The notes under the pieces are model-generated. The model was not told where the DNA came from, searched no databases, and saw only the letters and a list, made by a program, of their open reading frames with translations. A DNA stretch of 64,000 bases. It comes from Balanoglossus misakiensis (Eukaryota; Animalia; Hemichordata). A program made the translations under genes and the position numbers. The stretch covers positions 6,708,202-6,772,201 of the forward strand of contig CM082588.2 in the NCBI GenBank assembly GCA_040954595.2, in the 5' to 3' direction. Shown here one piece after another: positions 1 to 26,810 of the stretch; within the stretch, counting starts at the first letter, position 1, and every line of letters starts with the position of its first letter.

Positions 1-654
1 GAAATGGTCGGGATAATCTCGGTCGGTCGTGCTGGAGCGCTGATCGTCGTTTTTGCGTATATTACGGTGCTGTTCAGACGGAGACAAAGCTGATTCCTCA
101 CGTCTTCGAGTACTAGGGTCGTGGTCATACGACACCGGGACTACGGTAGGTCTTTCTGGGGGAGATTCGAAGTTGGGTGTAGACGTGCGGAGGTCGAACC
201 GCACGGCGTTTCGTTCGATCGTCGACTCCCGCTGCGGTGGCACGACTGGAGAACGGTGTTTTGGTCGCCCCCCTTGTTGTTCATATATTTTCGGGGATGA
301 CGTCGATTCGTCGGTATTAGACAACGGAGATTGGGGGACGAATCGGCTGAGTTGGTCGCCAGAGGGTCCTGGGGTCGAGAGTTGTGGGCCAGGCGAGTGC
401 GTGACGGGGCTGTTTTGTTTAGGTGCCGCTGAACCGAATAACGTGGACCGCACCCTCCCGACAGTTTTCGACAAAACTTCGGCAAAGGGGCTGTGTACTT
501 TGGCAGGACCTCCACTCATGGGGCCACAAGTACTCTCTTCGGAGTCGGACGTATCAGGTGATTTGTTCGATGCCTTAAACATTATTACCTTATCGGTGTC
601 ATCTAAACTACTTGTTCTGTCGACAGCCGATGTGCTGTCGTCGGGGGCTGACAT
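1..654 (-). CDS. Gag-like ORF (N-terminal 218 aa, open at window edge) of an LTR retrotransposon
   Basis: ATG at 654-652 (MSAPDDSTSAVDRTSSLDDTDKV...). I read every codon to position 1 and found no stop. It begins about 90 nt downstream of a tRNA-Leu PBS and has Ser/Pro/Arg-rich disordered composition. It is absent from the ORF track because it has no stop in the window. Gag identity is inferred from position, not from a recognised domain. Confidence 0.7.
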   Translation of the reverse strand, partial: MSAPDDSTSAVDRTSSLDDTDKVIMFKASNKSPDTSDSEESTCGPMSGGPAKVHSPFAEVLSKTVGRVRSTLFGSAAPKQNSPVTHSPGPQLSTPGPSGDQLSRFVPQSPLSNTDESTSSPKIYEQQGGRPKHRSPVVPPQRESTIERNAVRFDLRTSTPNFESPPERPTVVPVSYDHDPSTRRREESALSPSEQHRNIRKNDDQRSSTTDRDYPDHF

Positions 655-742
655 AATTTTCGAAGGGGAGTTAAGTTCTCGATTTCAGTTTTATTTCGTT
701 GGTCGCTCAACTTGTGCTCTCGTACTACAGTCTCTGACGTAA

Positions 743-761
743 AATCCCACCGCTGCCACCA
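743..761 (-). promoter_or_regulatory. Primer-binding site complementary to the tRNA-Leu 3' end
   Basis: The + strand AATCCCACCGCTGCCACCA equals the 3' 19 nt of a metazoan tRNA-Leu (AAG/TAG type), including CCA. The - strand reads ...TCGACA-AT-TGGTGGCAGCGGTGGGATT, i.e. LTR-terminal CA, 2 nt, then TGG. Confidence 0.9.
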
Positions 762-763
762 AT

Positions 764-1107
764 TGTCGAGATTTTTCCTTCGTCGTTATTATTACGTTGA
801 GACTGGTCAGGTGATCAGTAAGGGTAACGACCTTACACCCGAGTGACAGAGCGCACAAGGACAAAATAATAAAGTGTAGAAGCCAACGTGGCGTATTTAT
901 TAACTGAACACGAAAAATTATCAACAATACTACGTAAAAATGAAGAGCTGTACCTTCTTTGCTGTTGCTGGTGTGGCCTCGATAAGAAAAACCCCTTGAG
1001 CGACCCCGTTTTAAAGAGAATCGCTACTTATATACCCTCGGGTCGGATTCAAAATCAGAAAAGCTAATTTGCATATCGGACGTCGGAGAAAGCACCTAAA
1101 ATCTACA
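764..1107 (-). mobile_element. 5' LTR (about 344 bp) of a probable Ty3/Gypsy retrotransposon
   Basis: The 3' end is fixed by the CA next to the PBS (764). The 5' end is inferred from imperfect terminal inverted repeats TGTAGATTTT...AAAATCTCGACA. It contains an octamer ATGCAAAT, TATATAA (about 1028-1034) and AATAAA (about 896-901) in the expected order on the - strand. Confidence 0.7.
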
Positions 1108-1304
1108 TATCATGTCGGCTTCAAGCCAAGAAAAGTAGCTAAATAAATGATTGACAGCTGTCGCTCGAAATCGTCGTTGCTAGACAACCAAAGGCAAACA
1201 TTGAATGAAAACTGAACGTGCGTACTAACAGGCTAATCGGTTTTGGCGCGTGTGCCGCGCCTGCTGAGTAATTACAAAAACCGCAAAGGCATTCAGAAAT
1301 GTAA

Positions 1305-1460
1305 AATGGACCTCGTTAAACCTCTACACTATTACCATAGCAAATTGAGATCTAGTCAATCACAGATTTTCAATGGTTGGCACACGCGAAAAAGGGCGCA
1401 AATAAGCCATTTCAGCCATTTGTGGGCATATTTAACTTGGAGCTGACTGTTTCCCTTTAA
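1305..1460. mobile_element. Degenerate partial copy of TTAA-flanked MITE family A
   Basis: Shares the internal sequence (TTACCAT..AAATTGAGATCTAG.CAATCACAGATTTTCA.TGG.TGGCACACGCGAAAA) and a ...CCTTTAA end with the copies at 37038, 39779, 53448 and 59978. Confidence 0.7.
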
Positions 1461-1520
1461 CTAGTATTATTATTATTTATTTGTCATCAGGTATCGAGAA
1501 CACACGGCAAGTGATAATAC

Positions 1521-1832
1521 ATGTATCGTACAAGAAGCCAAACTCTCTACATCGGCGGGTATGCCATCCCTCGTGCCCGGGGAATCTGTGGGTGCCTTCT
1601 TCAATTCCATGGACTTTTCCTGTGCGTCCTCGGGGTCATCATGGTCTCGGTCAACCAATCGGGTGCTTCGTCCCTGACCTTCACCATCGTTGGACCGATC
1701 TTCCTGAGCGTTGGCTTCATCATGGTGGTCATCGGTATCCTCCTGTGCTGCCGACGGTTCGAGTGTCCACCACCGCCCATCCAGAATGAAGCTATCACCA
1801 TGGCCCGACTCACCGAGGTTCCAGTGGAGTAG
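1521..1832 (+). CDS. Small two-TM membrane protein, PIRT/TMEM100-like (103 aa)
   Basis: Two hydrophobic helices. The second (IVGPIFLSVGFIMVVIGILL) resembles the PIRT VGPxFLSxG motif and is followed by a CCRR juxtamembrane segment. A splice acceptor (ttgtcatcag) ends at 1490, implying an upstream non-coding exon. Codon usage is GC3-rich relative to the flanks. Confidence 0.65.
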   Translation: MYRTRSQTLYIGGYAIPRARGICGCLLQFHGLFLCVLGVIMVSVNQSGASSLTFTIVGPIFLSVGFIMVVIGILLCCRRFECPPPPIQNEAITMARLTEVPVE

Positions 1833-2314
1833 GACGCTACGCCATATTGGAAATTCTGCCAAATTTCCCTCGATTTTGTAAAACATTGCGCGACTTATAC
1901 ATGACGAATATGTTTTTTTCCGAAAGAGTGACCTCAAAGCCACCAAATTATGTAGAAATCAGCTACGCCGGATTTCCCCTTTAATATTACTCCCATTTTT
2001 GGGAGTCGTGTTTAGTCGTTGTGACTGTCGTTTGACAGTAAGCAATCCAACAGACACTGCCAAAAGTCAGCAAACGCGTTTGGTGTGACACCGATAAATT
2101 TAGATTTGTTGAACTAGTATATATGTTACTGCTAGCATTTTTCTCTGCGTCCAAGATCACGTGATGCTAGCAAACAGTAGTCAGAAATATTACAATGTAA
2201 TATTTTAATGTGTTTATACTACACCTGGCAATAATACATAAGGTTATAAAATAGTTGTAAATATCTGCTCATTAAACGCTGAAGATAGCAAATAGTACTG
2301 CAACTGTTTTTTTT

Positions 2315-3430
2315 TTATATGAAACCAGTGTTATGTGTTTTTGCCATTGTATCGTCGTAAGAAGGAGGAGCGTCTGACGTACCGGGTGGGATGTCCGTTG
2401 GTGGATAGGTCACTGAACCATGGGGATTAGTCTGAGGTCTGAATTCATGGCAAGAAAAATAGAAACAAAGGTTATTTTGTTTAATTAAAAACAATATAAG
2501 CGTATTTTAGCATTCATTCATTCATTCATTCATTCATTCATTCATTCATTTAGTCAGTCAGTCAGTCAGTCAGTCAGTTAGTCAGTCGTTCATTTGTTTT
2601 TTTGTTCGTTCGTTCATTCATGACTCCATCTTATATACTATTTTAATTTGTAGAACAGTGGTATCAACATGCATGTTGATGGGCGAGCTTTTGGAACACT
2701 AGTCAAATTTCGCAATAGAAGCATGGTTAGGTTCGGTTAGCAGTTTTAAGAAACCGTAAAATAAATTAAATTGTACGTACCCATAGCGAGGATGCATAGG
2801 AGGAGGGTATGCCATATCGTAAGCACCTCGGGAGGCGAACGCTGGTTGAGGAACCGTCCCTATCTGCTGCGGTGGATACACGGGACCGTAAGCATTTGGT
2901 GGAGGCATCTGAACTCCTGTTGGTGGTACAGGGTAAAACTGACCAGTGGCTAGCAGTGGCTGACCAGGCATTGGGCCATATTTGAAATGCATTGTTGCTC
3001 TGTCTTCTCCCTGTTCATTGGTCTGACTGCCACTCGCCTTGACTGACATTTCAGTGGCGGCTGTCGTGGTAGTGACCGTTACAGCTTCACCCGGGTCCAC
3101 GCCGTTATAACCTTTACAACCCTGCTTCGCGACGCATATTACTATTCCTAGAATGATCATAGATCCTGATAGGGCGGTAAAAAATACTGCGGGAACGTGC
3201 AGACCGCCTCTGTCAAAGGAATACCGACTGTTACTGAGTGCGAGTCCGAGTAGAATGGCGCCCAGCATAAGAAAGAATATTCCAAACATTATCAGGTAGA
3301 GAGCGAGGGTGATTAAGTCACAAGATCTTGTCCCGCCGCCCAGACGGTGACCGCCAACTCGATGACGAGTTCGATTTCTGCCACCAATACGCGAACGACC
3401 CCCGCGTCTTCCCTTTTCTCCTGCCTCCAT
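2315..3430 (-). CDS. Two-TM protein with Pro/Tyr-rich tail and C-terminal PPxY motif (257 aa, 2 coding exons)
   Basis: Exon 3430-2781 (donor GG|gtacgt, phase 2) joins exon 2438-2315 (acceptor ...gaattcag|, stop TAA). Together they give ...RYGPQTNPHGSVTYPPTDIPPGTSDAPPSYDDTMAKTHNTGFI*. It has a basic Gly/Arg N-terminus, two TM helices and a Cys after TM2. Confidence 0.75.
2511..2587. repeat. Compound microsatellite (CATT)n(AGTC)n
   Basis: Visible tandem tetranucleotides in the intron of the PPxY gene. Confidence 0.95.
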
Positions 3431-4533
3431 TTTGTCCGACTTTCACGTCCGTACCACTAATGTTGATGCAACCTCTGAAATTTGGAAAAGAAATGGGAAA
3501 AATTATACATCTGCGTGTATATAGCAAGACTCGTTTCTTGTCAGAAAATCTGGTTTGAAATTCATTCCTAAAATAACTGGCGTGCGCAAATATTAAAGGT
3601 GCAATGCTGTTAATACAATTAGTATAAGTGGAAATGTCCAGCGCTGAAAGCCTCGGAGATGATTCGTGGTTTTAGACAGTCGTGTACCAACACACCAAGG
3701 ACCAAAGGTGATGATTTGAATCATACACTTTTGTTGACTGTGTACAAATTACACTTACCTGGGTTCTGTGTGGAACCACAGGGACTGTGGTGAAACCGAA
3801 GACACAGAGAAAGGTAACTTGGTCAACTGGTATATACGTATAGCAGGTTAAGTAAACAGCCAACGTCTGAAGCACATACCTGCGCTTATCAGTGGTCTTT
3901 CTAAAAATTATATAGTCACAGCGAAATCACAACATGGCTACGTACGTATACACGACTATCACGAGATCCGCGCCTTCGACATATGTAGAAGTGTGCCATT
4001 GTATGAAAACACCATGACTACGACATTTCATTATTTACCCGCCATGAATGGGGTCAAGGCTGCCAGTGAAGAAAAGTATTGTTGCTTCGTTTCTTTCATG
4101 ACAAGTCTTATGGATATCGTAAGTAGTGCGTCTTTTCTGCTGTTTGACAAACTACCCAAGAATTCCAAACTTTTAAATGTGACCGTGTTCATGTTTTAGA
4201 ATATTAACCACATAAGTATTACATAGGTATATAGCTGTCTTAATTTAACGCAATTTCTAAGCTTGATATATAAAACTTACGTCAACTACTTTCAATACTA
4301 CAGACTTATATATTTTAATTTTAGAATGTCCCACAAAGTAGTAAACGAATACACCCAGTTCCAACTACAGTCCTGCGTATGTGTAAGTTTGCTGTGCCAT
4401 TGGTTTGTATAGACGATGCATGTATAGTTGCTCCCGGCGTTACCAGGCAACTGTCGCAGTTCATGTATAGTAATCAGGTTGTATCCCGTGATGAATCTTT
4501 GTTCTATGCCGGAACAGGTATTTCATACTTTGC

Positions 4534-5013
4534 TCACGACTGCCCGTTCTGTCCTCTAAAACCAATGAGCGCATCTTCAGGTATGACGTCAACAGGATCG
4601 TCATCGTTGCTTTGGGGTATGATGCACAGATCAAGTTTATCAAACACGCGCTTTTCCCCATGGCCAGTGTGTCTTGCTTTTCCCGGCGGACGCAACCTGG
4701 ACGAATTCTTCGTCTTGTTCTTGTCGCAGACTGAACGTATCCACGTCACCAGAGTACAGAGCAGTGCCGGTAACATCAGGAGTAGCAACGCCATGAACAG
4801 GACGAGAGTTAACGAGACGGAACCGACCGTGAAGAAGGACGACACAACGAAGACTGCGAGAACCAGGATGCAACAGATAACAATGGCCACCACAATGAGG
4901 ATATGTCTTCCAGTCTTGTTCAAGTTTCTCCTGGGTCGCTGGGAATCACTTTGGCCTACTTGTTCTTCGGCGTTTGTGTCAAAATACTCGTCCTCTGCAG
5001 TACTGGTATCCAT
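4534..5013 (-). CDS. Small two-TM membrane protein (159 aa)
   Basis: Acidic N-terminus, then a basic patch and two long Cys-containing hydrophobic helices, then a basic and an acidic tail segment. A splice acceptor (gtgttatag|) lies just upstream of the ATG (about 5027). Family not recognised. Confidence 0.65.
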   Translation of the reverse strand: MDTSTAEDEYFDTNAEEQVGQSDSQRPRRNLNKTGRHILIVVAIVICCILVLAVFVVSSFFTVGSVSLTLVLFMALLLLMLPALLCTLVTWIRSVCDKNKTKNSSRLRPPGKARHTGHGEKRVFDKLDLCIIPQSNDDDPVDVIPEDALIGFRGQNGQS

Positions 5014-6799
5014 ATTCCAACGATTCTATAACACCACAAATCCCAACTAGACTCGAGTGTAAAGACTTAAAATAGGGGTCCTTTTATCTTCAGTCAGACT
5101 TGATTTCCGTGTAACCCAACGCACACAGTTGTTAGCAATTCGCAATCTAAGTTGTAGTCCACGAAATTCACAGAACTAAACTTCGGGGTAGTTTAGTAAC
5201 GTGTACAGATCTCTCCTCATGACAAGCAGACTTTTAACATGACTGTGGATATATCTGTAAAAATAATCAAAAAATCGCAATTTCACGCTATCAATATTGG
5301 CAAATATTCCAACATTATACAAGGAAACTTAGATGATTCTGAACGTTTGTGTGGCGCATATCGTTCCCATACCTGCCGTATCCGTGTCACTGAAACAGCA
5401 AGAGTGATGTGTTTACCTGAACAAAGTTCGAGATCTCCACCCTGATAACGAAAGGGAAATATACCAAAACACGCTCATTGCTACAGTGTATAGCTGCACG
5501 TAAACGACATTTCTGCGTTCGTTTACTGGGCCCCGAGTTTATGGTAATCCCGGGGGATACACAGTCCATCATGCAGTTGATCAGGAAATTGTCATTTTCC
5601 CTATAGAATGCGTGAACAGCTCGGTGAAAGTGAGCGTATGGCTAGAAATGTCTTCACTGCTTACCTGTTGATGCCTTGCAATGCTGTGGCGTACTATACA
5701 CTCAAAACAAGACCCGAGGGTATGCACCTGAACAGCGAAATCGTGTCATAAATCATAGTCTGCTTGAGAAGTAAACACGAAGGTGCTTTACCCGAGTTGA
5801 CCCCGTCGGTGTTGTTGTTTTTTATCGAATTGGGTCATCCATATTGTCACGGTGTGAGAAAAAATTTGCTGACGTCGAAACGCTGAACACATGAACAACA
5901 CACAGAATTTGCTTGCCAAAACAAACTCTATGAACGAATATCTTCAAAGTGCAAAATTATGAAATATCGATGCTGGCTATAGGAAGTCTACCGTTGATTT
6001 ATAATGCAATGTATTCACGCACTATACGCTATCGTACGTAACACAGGTAAACGGACTTTCAAATCGTATCAAACTGGTATACTCACAAATACTAGAAGTT
6101 TCACAAACTTCCAAACTCTATCAGTCCTTCCGACAGGCACTTCGAATACCCAAAAGTACGGCTACACAAATCTCGGACACGGAAAACAAAACCGCAACGC
6201 AAGAACCATCGCTGCTGCCGTTTTCCTCCTGTGCACCGCGCACCCCGGGAAAAAAACAATACGACAAAACGACAACGTGATAGGCTACTCACACAGATGA
6301 TCTCTGAATATGCAAAACTATGCAAATTTAGCATAGCGCTAACAAAAGAAACTATGAATATGTAAAACTTGAATTCATGACACATTGGTCATTTTTGCTG
6401 TTCTCTGACATACAGATTCTGTAAAAGGCTTGTTTTACATTACACTGTATTTGAATTTCACTCAAGCCAAAATTAAAATAGGCAATTGATAACCAGATTA
6501 ACAATAGAAGAGGCATTCTACTGAATTAATCACAAAACAACTACATTTCTTTCGAGTTCCAATTACCTCAGGGAATGTTCATATACTCTTGTCTCAATGT
6601 GAGACCGATGCGCCCTCAACGGCAAGCTAGCAGGGTAACGAAACTGACGAGAAAAGTCCAAGAGATAATTTTGCATGTCATTTAATAACTCTGTATTCAT
6701 AAAGTGCTCTGATCTTTACGTATCCATTAAAATAATATGTTTATTAGTTTTTTTTTCTCCGTCAGTAGGCAACAAAGACATCCATATATCAATACATGT

Positions 6800-9700
6800 A
6801 TGCGTTTTTGGCAATACTTTTATTTCTTACATTGACGCAATAAAGGCATTGATTCCAAAATCAACAATTACACATATTTACAAAATCTAAAACAACGCAT
6901 GCAAATTGCAGGCATCTAGTTTCTGAACCAATTAACTTGGCAGACAATGTGCAATGCCCTGTAGAGGAAAGTATTAAACTTTCTGTTAACTTTTCAACAA
7001 AACTGAGTACTTCCACATTCTATGGTTTCTGTAGTACTGTGAATAAGTATATTTTCATGTTTTATTTTTAGTAGTACACAACTTCACTATCAGAGATTGT
7101 AGTAAGGTGTTGAAAAGGTTGACCCCTTTTGACCCTATTTGCATTACACTAGGGTTTAATACACTGTAAGTACAAGACACAGTTAAAATGCCATTGTTCT
7201 ATATATCTACCTAAAGCTAATTTGATTACTAAACCAAATAACACACCATAGACAGAAAAAACAATGAAAACCTTAAAACTGTGGAATTCTTTGTTTTCTA
7301 GAGATGTTTGGTTGAAAGAGGAACGTAGTACCTTACTTTAAGGGACATGGGTGTTCTGTATAGATAGGGGCTCTGATAAAAAAGATGATACTGACAAAAT
7401 AGAAAGCTTGCTCATAATAACGCAAACAGTGACAAATATGGCATTATTTGAAACACAGAAACTAGCATGATAACAATTCAGACACAGTACACCGAAGATA
7501 CTCTGGAAAAAATTCAACACTTGGGATTATAAGTGGCTTTTAAGAAATATAGAAATAAATAGCGTTCTTGGTGAATTTCATCAAGAGTGCGGCTCTGTAC
7601 TGTGACAGGTATAATGAAAGACGTATCTCGTGAGATGTTTGGGTTTTTCGATGGCCAGTACAGATCACTCGGCAAGCATGGACCAGATGGTCTTGTTGGA
7701 CACTGAGGGCGCTCTCATTTCCGACAAAAAGTGGAGATATCCGTCTGCCTGAGAACATATCGTGGAATCGTCTCCACCTATCCCATTTGAAGCTGAGAAA
7801 AATAATCCCATATTTTCATATGGATCTGACAGGAATAAGGTTTAGAAATCTCCGTCCATGATAAAGTGCAGTTACCACTAACAAGAAAAAGACGCTAAAA
7901 TATTAACTGTAATTGAAACTTTTTAGATCGCTAAAATTATTATCCTTGAAACATTTAGATTGATAATAACACAACACCATTGTTAAAATTTGTTCAACAT
8001 TTAATGATAAATAATCCTTCACTATTTGAAATAACTTGTTCAGATTCAAAATAGACACAACATCAAGGCAGAAGATGCGCCACTAAAAACAAGAAGACTG
8101 ATTTCCGCCATTAGAGTCTCTATCTTTACAGAACGGCAGAGTTCAGCCCACTAAAAGCCAATACACCAGAACACATCCATGCCCACTTTTTCAGACCACA
8201 TGAAAATAAAATACACTAAGAAAATTCCTTCCTGACAAATATCCTTAAAGTGAAACGTGATTTAACACTCAAACTGGTAAACCACTTCACAGAAACAAAC
8301 TCAGAAATATTTTTTTGTATTTTTCTTTTTTTTTCAAAAAAGTTTAAATTGGGTAATTTTTTTTTAACTACTCAGCCTGCATCGGCTATACTCTTTACTG
8401 AAAGTCCTAATACAGTGGAGTTGGGTTGGTTGTGGTTCTAGTATTCAAGAAAGTCTTTCCGTATATAGTGTCAGAAAGCTAAACATACACACATTCTTGG
8501 TGTATGTGCATCTTTGATAGTAGCAGGTACCCTTCCATCCCTATATCACCATGAATGGAATCAACCATGTCAACTGCCCAACAATGGGGCAAGACCATTG
8601 CTTTCCAGCAGCAGGTGGAACTATCCGGGATGACCTTCTCCAACACTAGAACCTCTCCACTGTTATTCCCCCTCACCTTACAAAGGACTGTTTACGTCAT
8701 CATTAACATAGTTTTCGGTGTAGCACAATAAATATTATTGCACCAAAACCAAGCTCCTGTACAATTGGTTTAGCGCTGATAAAAGTTGCAGAAAGCAAAC
8801 ATTGTATCCAAGTTGCTAGCAAGCTCAACTAAACACAAGCTTTGGCAGTACTAGTACAGTCAAACCTCAGTTAGTGGTCACCTCTATATAGTGGCCACTT
8901 TGTTACAGTCCCTCTGCAATTCACGTGTATTAATCAATTAACCTCTATATAAAGGCCACCTGTCTATAAAGGCCAGTTTAGGAAAGTCCCTTGACTGGCC
9001 ACTATAGACAGGTTCGACTGTAGTATTTGAATGCATTCTAAACAACTTTGTTTCATTAGCGAATATTACACAGCTTAGTACTGTACTGCAGGGAAACTGA
9101 AATGCGCTGCACTGCCCTCCACTGTCACGCATTGTAATATACTGTCCTGCAACAAAACCTGTGTAATGGCGTCACACCACACGCGTACCTCAGCAACCAA
9201 CTGTACAGGAGCAAGTTTTACACGCCACTTATTAATAATTGTTTTCTTGGTTAATACATCTCAAAAACAGAGATAACTTGGTTCATTGAAGTCTCGTATA
9301 CTTACAGAATCGATTAACAGTATCATTCAAAAACATTCAGAGAGATATTTAAGGGTAATATTACCCTTTACAGTTATTTTGCAAGTTAAGCAAAGAAGAA
9401 TGTGCAATTTTTTGCGGTTCATAAAATCATACCATCACCTGTAAATTTTCTCAGATGAAAAGTTTTGCTCAAAATAAAGCCTACATAATGATTAATTTAT
9501 TTCACTGTAAATGATGAGTTTTAATTTGTAGTTTAGCTTTAACTCTTTCACCCCCCAGTTCCCCTTTCAGAGGTCCGACCTTACCATAGAAAACAATGGA
9601 TTTGGACCAAACCATTGTGGTAATAGGGTTAGGGTACTGTACTGAAGCCCAAACATTCCAGCCACTTAAACTTGGGAACTGAGAATGTCCATCACTGATT

Positions 9701-10492
9701 TGCATACCGAAATGCCAATAGAATCTCGACCGAAGAATATACACGTACATAAAATGCTTTCCTCGTTAAAAATGCAAGGCTGTATTTCTTCTTTAGGTCT
9801 GTATTTCGAAACAGAAAATGCAAAGATGAATATCCCTAGATTATAAAAATCAAATGAAGTTGTACCAATTTAAAACAAAATGATCTCTTTTCTTTAAAAT
9901 CCGACACCTTTGAAAAACTCTGAACGGTGTCTGGTCTTGCTGCAGTAGGTGGGCACATGTCTGCTCACCAAAGTATTTCATATGGTGAAATTTCCATCTT
10001 TCCTATCTGATTGTCCTGTTATGTTATCGTGTATCTACAGGTTCTGGGGCGCGCACCGGCGTCCGACACACGTCACTCCGTCCGATTCGACTTTAATTTC
10101 TGTTCGTTTTTTCCCCACACGAAGCGCGTTATCTGCGTCAGTGTAATTGTGCGAGAAGCAGTGATTCTGTCCTTGTGTTCTTGGGTCCAGTGGTGCGGTT
10201 CAGCTGTGAGTCTGCGCGCAGTGATCACCAAACTTTCACCGCGGCCGTCTGCTAGTATGTGTGTGTGTTTATACGATAAACAATGTACTTCACTCTCCCA
10301 TCCTTCAGGGTGCCACCATTGTCATTTGATTCTGAAGTGATGAGAGTTTTTTCGGATACATAGCAGAGACTTCGCAAACCACTGTTGTAAGTTTCAAACA
10401 CACTTCACGACCAATCAGTCAGAATATGCCACTGGAGAGACGAAAACGTGCCAAAGGGTTGTAACTCAACTCGAGTGTTCACGGCAAACGGA
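6800..10492 (-). other. Probable long 3' UTR of the Regnase gene
   Basis: AT-rich with no credible exons. A candidate AATAAA on the - strand at 6824-6819 is followed by GU-rich sequence. Other signals (about 7062, about 9496) exist, so the end is uncertain. Confidence 0.4.
8857..9020. mobile_element. Tc1/mariner-pogo-like MITE family B
   Basis: TA|CAGTCAAACCT...AGGTTCGACTG|TA. A highly similar copy is at 55132-55289 and an inverted partial copy at 13380-13492. Confidence 0.85.
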
Positions 10493-26141
<15,649 letters not shown>

Positions 26142-26159
26142 TGTGTGCAGGTTTCCTTC

Positions 26160-26810
26160 TCGCGCTTGTGTTTATGTCCAAAATTCGCCCATCGCTGTGC
26201 GCGTATGTGTTGCCTTATCAGGCTAGCCCCAGCGTCTGCCTCTTCCTACGAATCATCAACAGAAAGGTGAAAGGTCAATGACTCGTTTCCAATCGGCAAT
26301 CTTCGGAAAATATATGCATGACGTCACTGACCCATCATGACATTGCTCTACGTGGAAATGTGCGTAAACGCCGGCCTGGGCCAACGTCATTGACGCATGA
26401 GTACAATCGTTTACGTTTAAAGTGAATTTCAACTCTAGTTTTTATAAGAAAAGAAAACAAAAAACTCTTTGAACCCCAAGAGGCGTGTTTTATTTCTCCG
26501 AATTGTCGAGAAAGAGGAATATAGTAAAAGTTTAGAACTTAGCGTTGCTTATTATCGTACCGGCACAATTTCAATGATGCGATAAACCATGAAGAATGCC
26601 AACATTTTAATCGATTCTGATCATACTACACAATTGAATAAATTCTTTATGACAGGAAGACTGCCTGATGTAATTCATCATTCGGGGTTATATAACATGA
26701 TAATAAGTTCGGGGGAAGAAAAGGATGCAAAAAATGTATCATGAATTATGGAGTTTTATTTTTGGAGACTTATTTCGTTTTCAATTTATATGTGTAGGGA
26801 CTTTCCAGTT
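26160..26810 (-). promoter_or_regulatory. Upstream (distal) promoter region of the Regnase gene
   Basis: CpG-rich sequence upstream of the exon-1 ATG. Perfect CRE TGACGTCA at 26319-26326 and canonical kB GGGACTTTCC at 26797-26806. No clear TATA. Confidence 0.5.

Noticed and set aside
53-742. 229-aa + strand ORF
   Set aside because: Antisense shadow of the gag-like ORF, with a TTG start.
743-761. tRNA-Leu gene
   Set aside because: Only the 3' 19 nt including CCA are present, with no cloverleaf. It is a retroelement PBS.
8286-8294. Roquin CDE-like UUCUGUGAA in the Regnase 3' UTR
   Set aside because: The stem beyond 3 bp is only G-U wobble, and the same 9-mer occurs in non-UTR positions (about 5168 and 12735). 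It is not distinguishable from chance.
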